DNA of 64,000 nt, taken from the NCBI GenBank assembly GCA_047495785.1, contig JBLDXI010000009.1, forward strand, positions 3,658,001-3,722,000, written 5' to 3'. Every line of letters starts with the position of its first letter. Position 1 is the stretch's first letter. The position numbers and the translations under genes are program-made. This stretch comes from Lepidodermella squamata. Lineage: Eukaryota; Animalia; Gastrotricha. Of the stretch, positions 23,800 through 32,113 are shown piece by piece. The notes beneath the pieces are model-generated. The model had not been told where the DNA came from and did no database searches. It was given only the letters and a program-made list of their open reading frames with translations.

Positions 23800-24085
23800 T
23801 TTTTTTTAGCAAAAATCGCAATGAAGTAGGCATATAAGATCAAATAACTACACCAAAATTACACCTAATAGCCTTTGATGTGTTTATTATTTATTCATCG
23901 TACGTGGGGCAACGCAGCGAAGAGCACTTCTCGAATGTCTCGAATTTTCTATCAGGCGTAAATCGGTTCATACCCACGCAATGATGATCAATCAATTGTT
24001 ACAACATACGATGCCAGTTTATTTTGAATAAACGGATCAAAAGAAAGGTTTCATACTTCATCATATAAGTCTGATCCATGTCTGT

Positions 24086-24391
24086 TCAAGCATCCTCGGG
24101 GCTGATCACCTTTAGGTTGTAGGTGTACTTTCGAAACGGAGACCTGAAGCCGTTTGCTTCGTTCTTGAAGACGTAGACATAACGCTTCCTAGAACTTGAC
24201 CGCTTCTTGCGTGAGTAACTCCAATCAGTCGTCCTGCCAGCCGTGCTTGCAAATCGGTTCCGCATAATGGGTCCGTATTCGTAATTGCCAACCCTTCCAG
24301 CACCTGTAAACTTTGCGTGCAAAGATGGTGGCATAACGGTTAATACGAGCAAACAACAACAGACTGCAATTGTAAAACTTGACAGCTTCAT
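24086..24391 (-). CDS. P17 precursor (101 aa), two-box type, basic
   Basis: Signal MKLSSFTIAVCCCLLVLTVMPPSLHA then KFTGAGRV...AGRTTDWSYS-RKKR; RKR. Confidence 0.85.
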   Translation of the reverse strand: MKLSSFTIAVCCCLLVLTVMPPSLHAKFTGAGRVGNYEYGPIMRNRFASTAGRTTDWSYSRKKRSSSRKRYVYVFKNEANGFRSPFRKYTYNLKVISPEDA

Positions 24392-24575
24392 TTTGCAAAA
24401 GATGACCAAGCGAATTGAAAAATATGTGTTTTTATGACCAATCTTGTTATGATGTGATGCCTCCCTATCCCCAGAAGTAATCACATTTCAACACTGCATT
24501 TTTCAATCAATGCATTTCTTTATTTTGAAACATATGCAATAGGAATAATCAATACTAGTACTACCATGCGTTTTT

Positions 24576-24911
24576 TTACTTCATATTTGGTCTAAGGTAT
24601 GTGCCATATTGCCATCCATCTGTAAGCCCAGCAGCTGAGTCTTCGTATTCATCGGCCTCCGCCAGGTTTAGAGGATAACGCTGTAAGATGACCGACTCGG
24701 CATCTCCCGCGCCTGATAGCTTCCCAAATGGCTCCAGGAACCTCATCGCATCAGAATTGTCCTCCCGAAGAAGGAAATCCTCGAAGTCGTCATTTGGCCT
24801 CGCCACCACGGAGGAGGCTAGTTGCATAAAAATTATCGCTATCAAAATCATGGCTGGCCAGTCTACTACTACTACACGGGGTTGAGCGAGTGATAAACAG
24901 CGGCGATGCAT
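24576..24911 (-). CDS. P18 precursor (111 aa; alternative start 24851), two-box type
   Basis: Hydrophobic MILIAIIFMQLASSVVA; GKLSGAGDA...AGLTDGWQYG. Confidence 0.8.
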   Translation of the reverse strand: MHRRCLSLAQPRVVVVDWPAMILIAIIFMQLASSVVARPNDDFEDFLLREDNSDAMRFLEPFGKLSGAGDAESVILQRYPLNLAEADEYEDSAAGLTDGWQYGTYLRPNMK

Positions 24912-25068
24912 TGATTTTAATATAAATCATCTCTGACATCATCACACGTCTGTCTCGAGAGGGTCCACGCAGTGTCCACAACAAAATGCACACCTGAGAG
25001 CATACTTGCATCGTTTATTTAGCTAATTCAATATTGAATATAATATAAAATCGCAGGCAGATATTAAT

Positions 25069-25371
25069 TCAATGCTGGCCGAAAAACCACCCATCCGTGA
25101 GGCCTGCAGGGCTCTGATCATCAGCTAAGGCTATGCGTTGCATTATTCCCTTGAAAACAGCCGCTCGCATGCCATTCGATGACGCAAACATTGACGGCAA
25201 TTCAGCCCGGTGCATTTCAGCCGATGCATCGTGATTTGTCGCATCTTCATCACTTTCCCCACTTACATCGCTAACAAATCGCAACCGGGTTAGGGTTGGA
25301 CGGGCGTTGTTAGGGTAAGGCACGCATATGAAAACGATAACACATAAGGTCAAACACAAAGAATGATTCAT
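25069..25371 (-). CDS. P19 precursor (100 aa), box B at C-terminus
   Basis: Signal; RFVSDVSGE; PAGLTDGWFFGQH*. Confidence 0.8.
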   Translation of the reverse strand: MNHSLCLTLCVIVFICVPYPNNARPTLTRLRFVSDVSGESDEDATNHDASAEMHRAELPSMFASSNGMRAAVFKGIMQRIALADDQSPAGLTDGWFFGQH

Positions 25372-25602
25372 CTTTCTCAGTAAAAAAACGTGAAACGAAT
25401 AAATAAACCTCCGAATTTTGATTGATGAGAAAAGATTAACTTTTTAATTATGGGAATTGCTTCCTAATAATCCGAAAAATTACTTGCGGGGTTTATCATC
25501 TTTCATCTTTCAAGCATCCAGGTTGCACAGTATGAAGCAAGTTTATTGGGAAAAACAAGCGGATACACGATTGAATATATGCATTTTGGTGATCTATGTC
25601 CA

Positions 25603-25845
25603 TCAATAGTCATCCATTTTAAGTTGTCTGGGCAATTGATGGCTCCAGTCGTCGTCGTTCCAATAGCTGCGCTTCACGTCCCCGGAATATGCTGCCTTTC
25701 CGCCGCGGCGCTTCACCAGCCCAGCGTCGCTGAATGACTTGCGTTTGAAGCCGCGAAACCAGTCGTCATCGTCGGCGTTTGCCGAGAAAATTAACCCTAG
25801 CACCAGAGCAGCCACGGCTAACCAATAAATCACTCGAAAATGCAT
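25603..25845 (-). CDS. P20 multi-peptide precursor (80 aa)
   Basis: Signal; DDDDWFRGF-KR-KSFSDAGLV-KRR-GGKAAYSGDV-KR-SYW. Confidence 0.85.
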   Translation of the reverse strand: MHFRVIYWLAVAALVLGLIFSANADDDDWFRGFKRKSFSDAGLVKRRGGKAAYSGDVKRSYWNDDDWSHQLPRQLKMDDY

Positions 25846-26209
25846 CCTTTTTCAAGATTAATTCTGCAAAATAACAATCATATAGCTTTTTTACTGTAAA
25901 CAATATAGGAGAGAAAATAGATAAGATGACCAAAAGCAGGAAAATAATCATCGGCTAGCTTCTAATGTATCTCTTTGTAATAATTCGTTTTAGAAATATT
26001 CCGAAAATGATTGCGGGTGAGAGTACTAACATTTGTCTCAAAAGACCGCCCTTATTTCTCGGCTTATACAATTTTAGCTAAAAGTACAAATAACAAAAAT
26101 ACACACCGGCTCCAGGGTTATTTATTCATCAACTCGAATGACAGTCTAATTATCATTTTTTTGACAGTCACCAGTTCGAAGAAAGGTCAAATATTTTGTC
26201 CGGTTTTAT

Positions 26210-26398
26210 TTATGACGAAGAAACGCGTTTCGCTTTGTCCAGTAACTTTGAAATACCCAGTTGGAAGCCGTCGTTTCTCGGTGGATGGGGCAGATGCTCA
26301 CCGCTCGAATCGAAGTCCTCGTAGACCTGCGAAAAAACTGTCCTCATGGCTATAGCCTGGACAGCCATCAATAGCAATATCGCTACCTGAGCCAGCAT
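26210..26398 (-). CDS. P21 precursor (62 aa), degenerate two-box
   Basis: Signal MLAQVAILLLMAVQAIA; DFDSSGE...NDGFQLG; KR. Confidence 0.65.
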   Translation of the reverse strand: MLAQVAILLLMAVQAIAMRTVFSQVYEDFDSSGEHLPHPPRNDGFQLGISKLLDKAKRVSSS

Positions 26399-26853
26399 AA
26401 TTTCATTGCACCTCAAAATTATTTTCATAATAAAGGTAGTGCCCTTTAATATATGCCTCTACAACTCTAAAATGCCGGTGCAGCGATTTTTTGCTAGTAA
26501 ATAATTTATAATAAAAAGCGCGCAAAAATCACTGACGAAACATGATTAAGGATTCATTGATTCTACGGCAGCAATCAATGTCCCCTTCCGACTAAGGGCC
26601 GAAGTTAATTTTTTCTGTAAAAAATAATAGGGAAAAAATATTGAAAATTTTCAATTTTTTATTCATGACTTACGAATAACAATAGACATATCAGCGTGAA
26701 GAGAGTTTACAGAAAAAAATAACGTGAAAAATAAAGTGCAAGTCAAATTTCACAGGTGCGATGGAAAAAAAATAGATTTTCGCGAAAAATATAGTACGGG
26801 AAAAAATTGAAAATCTATGAGCGAAATTAATTTGCGGTTTTATTGTCTTTATT

Positions 26854-27198
26854 TTACGAATCTACTTCGTAATCATTCTCGCTAAAAAACGCCGAGCGCT
26901 TCTTCGTATCGCCCGAGTCAACAAATTTACTGCCACGGCTGCGCTTTTTCGTATCGCCAGAGTCGATGAACTTGCTACCGCGGTTTCGTTTCACGTAAAA
27001 ATCGCCGTAATCTTCGAGGCTGCTGCCCGACCGCTTTTTGACATCTCCCGAGTCGATGAATTTACTGCCGCGGACTCGCTTCATATCGCGGTAGTAACTG
27101 CGTTTCACCAAACTGAAGTCGTCATCGCTCCAGCAGTAACAAGCGGCTATTAGCATTGCTAGGACTAATAAGGCCAAGTTGATGGGGTGGATCATCAT
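26854..27198 (-). CDS. P22 multi-copy peptide precursor (114 aa)
   Basis: Signal; three KR/KKR-flanked copies of xRGSKF(I/V)DSGD(V/T). Confidence 0.9.
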   Translation of the reverse strand: MMIHPINLALLVLAMLIAACYCWSDDDFSLVKRSYYRDMKRVRGSKFIDSGDVKKRSGSSLEDYGDFYVKRNRGSKFIDSGDTKKRSRGSKFVDSGDTKKRSAFFSENDYEVDS

Positions 27199-28810
27199 TT
27201 CAGCAAAGTTATATATAAGTTATATCCTATACTACAAAATTAAAAATCTGAATCATTGATGAATAAAATCCATGTTTCAAATTTAATTAATATACAGCCG
27301 GACTTGAGTGGGAAGAGACTTTACTATTGGATCGTGTAGTATCGATTTCAGAAGCCTTTTCGCTTTATTAAATAAAACTTTGGCATCATGAAATATTAAA
27401 AACGACCAGGTATGAAATGCGAGATGCTGACTCACGCGGTCCGGTATCAGTCGCCATCTTTTTGTCTAATAACGCCCTCCGATTTTTTTTCGACCTAAAA
27501 ACAAACACACGTGACGTAACCTGCCAAAAATTGTCCAGAGCCGAGGGATTTTTTCAGACAGGGTTCTTATTTCAAAGTAATTTGCTATAGCGACAATTAT
27601 CTAGGGATTTTTCTAGAGTAAACTGCACTTTTCAGAAAAATATCCGCCCTCAGCTTTTTGAGTGGGAGAAATTTCTGGAGAAATAACTATTTGACAGAAA
27701 ACAGACATTTAACGAAAAAAAATACCGACTGATTTTGAACTCGTTCAAATTATACCGAATGCAAATGAGTAATTACCGCGAGCAATATGTTCGATGCGCG
27801 TCATAATTATCCGCACTTTGCGGCTATGATCTAGCCAGCGAGCGTCCTGTCCCAGTGGACTGGTTTTGTTTTGCCACAACTTATCATGTTTTACGCCGCA
27901 GTGGTTCAGAAAACGCGCAGTAATTTATTAACACAGGGGTCACAAGCGCGCATATATTGCGGCGAATAATATGCGAAAACAACAATTTGTCATCATTTAA
28001 AATCCGAGGTCAAATTTATATTTCTTCGCAAACTATAAGCTCACATAAGCAGGAGGCTTTCGAAAAACGAGCTAAAGATTACTAGCGAAAAAGGTGGATA
28101 ATTAAAAGTGGAAAAAATCAGAACAGAATTAATTTTCTTTAGAAAGTAGCCAAAAAAATAAAAATTGCCAGTGTTGCTACTTATCGGGATTATTTCGAAA
28201 CAAAGCCATATACAATTTGGGTACCTAGCCCGATCAACGATCAACGAGAAATATTACGACAGGAGGATATTTTTTTAAAGAATATGGATTTTATTTTGAA
28301 AATCGAAGCATGATATAAGTATCCTAATTCCAATCAAGCAGAATTTCCTTAAGGGTGACTTTCTTTCCAGAGGCTTGTCAAGGTCTTGATGCGGTAATAC
28401 TGTCAACGCGACTTATAGCATGAGAGAGGGAAAACGGTCACTTTTAATGCGACTTGATAGCAATTTTTTTAACCAATTTACGGCTTCGGTGTTCCAATGT
28501 TCTCAAAGCTTACATTTGAAAGTAATGTTAGTCTGTGTCAGTACCAAACGAATTTCAATTGTTTATTTTCAAATAATATACGAGACCGGGCGATTCAAAA
28601 TCAATCAAAATAATATATAAAATATGTAGAGAAGTATTCGAATGGAAAAATCGAAAATCTGCAAAGGTTCCAAACTTCTGCCACTGATAATATTTACAGG
28701 AAAAGTGTTTCAACTCTGACGTGAAATGATAACGTAGGTGCAATAATAATAAAAGGAGATGACAAAAGTCAAATATTGGTACATCCACGTAGCCGACCGT
28801 TATGCCTGTG

Positions 28811-29047
28811 CTATTTGCTATCAAGCGGGTAATCCTCGTCAACGAAAATTTCCTCGCGTTTATCGAAATCTTCCGATGTGCTGCTATCCATATCAGTCGG
28901 AACGTAGTGCCGTTGAACGGTATTTTTTTGATCCTCGAAGGACATCCATCGCTTCGAGTCGACCTTGTCGTCCTCGTCGAAAAACTCGGCAGAAATGGCG
29001 CTGAGAACAAGGCCAAAAATTACGCAGACCAGTGCGATTTTCGACAT
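28811..29047 (-). CDS. P23 precursor (78 aa)
   Basis: Signal; DKVDSKR-WMSFEDQKNTVQRH...DKR; paralog of P24. Confidence 0.85.
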   Translation of the reverse strand: MSKIALVCVIFGLVLSAISAEFFDEDDKVDSKRWMSFEDQKNTVQRHYVPTDMDSSTSEDFDKREEIFVDEDYPLDSK

Positions 29048-29495
29048 TTTTTTAGAATACTGCTATTAATTCTGTAGAAAATTCTACTTTTTTAAATGCT
29101 TTTCTCCAGAAAAACAGCTTTATATTGAATTTTCGTCCGAAGCGGCCATTTTTATTCGCCTCTCCATGTCAAGTTGGCTTCCGTTTCTATTGCGTGATAT
29201 TTGAAATGTGTCAGCTACGTCAGGGCCTTAGCGTCACATTTGGATATTTGACAGGAAGCGAGTCAAATTCCTCCTTAAAATAATCTGGGCATAAAAATAA
29301 ATTGGCGAATTTCCAAAAAAATATGTTTTTATTTTCTGTGAGTATCAGAGTGAGATAATATAAAGGCCACCAAAAAAAAATATGTGAAGAGCTGATTTCG
29401 AGAATTAGCATCGTCATTGTCAAAAATTAATATTTAATATCTGCTATAAATTAAAATCTCAAAGTTTATCGGCTGAATTTTGGACTTGTGTCTCA

Positions 29496-29768
29496 TTATT
29501 TGTTTTCCTCAGCGCTGGCTTCATCGACGAAAAAGCCGCTCGGGAACAAACTTGCGCTACGTTTATCGCTATCAATCGCTTCGTAACTACTGTCAGCGGC
29601 GTTATTGCTGCCAACAGCTTGGTGGTGGCGAATGGCGTCCTGGAGGGCGAAATAGGACATCCATCTCTTTGAATCCACCTTATCGCCCGAATCATCGTCA
29701 AACATCTGAGCCGAAATACCTCCGAAAAACAGCCCAAAAATGCCGAAAACTAGCGAGATTGAACGCAT
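29496..29768 (-). CDS. P24 precursor (90 aa)
   Basis: Signal; DKVDSKR-WMSYFALQDAIRHH...DKR...FFVDE; paralog of P23. Confidence 0.85.
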   Translation of the reverse strand: MRSISLVFGIFGLFFGGISAQMFDDDSGDKVDSKRWMSYFALQDAIRHHQAVGSNNAADSSYEAIDSDKRSASLFPSGFFVDEASAEENK

Positions 29769-29952
29769 TTTATAGTCAAATTTGAGAAAAAAAATCTAAA
29801 AAAAAATCAGCAAATAAATTAACCAGCAATTTTACTCATGACAGAACGAATAAAAATTATGCAAATAATTAAAGCGACATCTTGTAGATCTCTAAAAACT
29901 AAAATATTACAGGTAGGAATGATTGCTGGAAGGTGATTTTTATAGGTAGCAA

Positions 29953-30360
29953 TTACTCGTCGTCCTCTTCGTCGCCGTATCGCCAACCTTCAAGGTTGCC
30001 GGCGCCTGCAAACTTGCTGCGTTTTTCATCCTCGGCATCAATCAAATCGCCAGCGTCTTCGAACTTGCTCTTCGCCCGTTTATTCGCGCTTCGCTTTTCT
30101 TCCTCGGCGTCGAGTAGGTCACCGGCATCTTCGAACTTGCTCTTCGCCCGCCTGTCAACATCACCGGCGTCATCTAGTTGGCCCTTGAAGCGGCGTTTGA
30201 ATGCAACGATATCTAGAGGGTCGTAATCGATATAGCGCGGCGTTTTGGCCTGACGTTTTACTGCCGAGAGATCATCGTCTGAATCGAACATGACAGGGCT
30301 GCACTCAACAGCGAGTAGAACTGTCGCTGCTAGTAAAATGAAACATTCGATTCTAGCCAT
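29953..30360 (-). CDS. P25 multi-copy precursor (135 aa) with fused A+B peptide
   Basis: Signal; LDDAGDV; 2x AKSKFEDAGDL; KR-SKFAGAGNLEGWRYG. Confidence 0.9.
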   Translation of the reverse strand: MARIECFILLAATVLLAVECSPVMFDSDDDLSAVKRQAKTPRYIDYDPLDIVAFKRRFKGQLDDAGDVDRRAKSKFEDAGDLLDAEEEKRSANKRAKSKFEDAGDLIDAEDEKRSKFAGAGNLEGWRYGDEEDDE

Positions 30361-30723
30361 TTTTAATCCGAGGGAACGGTCGGGATCAATCACAGTAAAA
30401 TCGGGAATATTAAAACTAAATAATCCGTATAATGACGCTGGAATTTAATTCAATCAAAAGCCGAGCGGGATGAGTGCTCCGCTTGAATATTAATCTAGAA
30501 ATTGATTTACCATTTCAGCCCACCTGCCGCCGAATCAGCAGAAAAACTCCAACGAGTTGCCTTTATTCATATTTTATCACATCAGTATGTTTACATAGGT
30601 GATTTGCGTATATCATCCCTCAGGAATTTGTAATTAATAAAACAAATTGCGCGAGTATTGTTCGACAAAAAAGTTGACCTTTACACGCAGACTAGTGTGC
30701 CGATGGATGTGATCTAATTTAAA

Positions 30724-31044
30724 TTACTTGCCGTAAACAGGACGCAGTTTGAAGCCGCGCATAAAAGCTTCCTTCTCCATGTCACCACGCTTGATAAACA
30801 GCGCCCAGTTGCTAGCTCGCCGCCTCCGAACCAAGTTTTCATCTTCTGCGGCATCGTCATCGTTGACATTTTCAGTTGAACTGTCAGCCGACCGTTTAAT
30901 CAAGGCGAAATAAGCGTCCTGTTCTTCGCTGCTGCTGTTTCCGTCGCCTTCGTTAGAATCAGCCACGTCGACCTGCAACGGGGCGGCTTCGATGAATTCG
31001 AGGAATGCGAAGATAAAAATCGCGAAAATGCAATATTTGTTCAT
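30724..31044 (-). CDS. P26 precursor (106 aa), predicted ...KLRPVY-amide
   Basis: Signal; KR, RRRR and KR sites; GDMEKEAFMRGFKLRPVY-GK*. Confidence 0.85.
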   Translation of the reverse strand: MNKYCIFAIFIFAFLEFIEAAPLQVDVADSNEGDGNSSSEEQDAYFALIKRSADSSTENVNDDDAAEDENLVRRRRASNWALFIKRGDMEKEAFMRGFKLRPVYGK

Positions 31045-31545
31045 GTTTAACAGCTGATAAAAAATGTCTAAACAAATCTATTTTAAGAGTTATTTTGAAT
31101 GATCTTTTCTTGTGAATGGAAAGTTCGCGTTTACAATCGATCGATTTCCCAGGTGATGAGATCGAAGCTGGTGGGAAAACGTTAATTTCCGGAACCGCCT
31201 ACGGTGCCTTGCCTAGCTTTTGACAAAGGTAAAAACGACCTTGACATGATGCGCATGAGCTGAAAAACGTCGGAACTTGAACTAAATCGCCGGGGGAGAG
31301 GAGAAGGAAAACAGCTGAAACTCTTCTGGAAAATCGCGTGGACCACACTCTCGGTTTGATTTTTAAAATTCCAAAGGGGCTGTTATATATGCGTGCTTTT
31401 ATTACAAAATATCTACCGTGCTAGGCAATTATTGTAACAACATAAAACGCCAAAATATGTCCATTGGGTTTTTAAGGGCTGATGTGTTTTGAAAATTTCC
31501 CCCACGCGTCAGGTGGTTGGTTTTGCCGTCGGAAATTGCCAGTAA

Positions 31546-31776
31546 TCAGCACTCATCGTCGGCGCACTCTGAGGAGGATGACGACGAGGAAGAGTCGTCC
31601 GGTATCGCGAAGGCACGTTTGATGAGCGCCAGGCGCAAATTCCCAGCCGGAGCGCGGAAACCACCGCGGCTGCGCGACGGTGCGAAATTCGCTTCGACTT
31701 GAACAAAAATCATCATTAACGAGGCAATTATCATAATTGCCGCCCATAGGTTTTTTGCCGTGCAAAATGCAGCCAT
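31546..31776 (-). CDS. P27 precursor (76 aa)
   Basis: Signal ending VEA; GFRAPAGNL; ALIKR (shared with P26); poly-Ser acidic tail. Confidence 0.7.
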   Translation of the reverse strand: MAAFCTAKNLWAAIMIIASLMMIFVQVEANFAPSRSRGGFRAPAGNLRLALIKRAFAIPDDSSSSSSSSECADDEC

Positions 31777-32113
31777 GATTTATAGCACTCTAATTGAAAT
31801 AATGAAAAATTATGGAATTTCTCGCGCAGTTTGGCCGGCTTTAAATATGCTAATATACGCTCAAAACATCCGTTTCTGGTTCAGATTCCTGCGCCTATTG
31901 ACATAGCCGTCAATCCACATGGAAAATGGCTATTTTTGACCGGAAATAATATGTCAAATATTAGGCATTTTTGTACCTAGTCAAGGTTAGGGCGTGAAAA
32001 AAGTTGGCAATATAATAATTGAAAAACCCTCAGGCAAATAAAAATATCACGATTTTATTTTTGATATACGATTAAATACAAGCAGAATGTTGATTTTTCA
32101 ATCCATGCAATTT

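Noticed and set aside
26854-27198. DSG motifs as beta-TrCP degrons linked to the BTRC gene in the window
   Set aside because: They are DSGD(V/T)K, not DSGxxS, and lie in secreted peptides.
9443-31765. Plus-strand and alternate-frame ORFs overlapping the precursors (e.g. 9443-9811, 29933-30226, 28555-29016)
   Set aside because: Shadow ORFs of the repetitive coding sequence, mostly with non-ATG starts.
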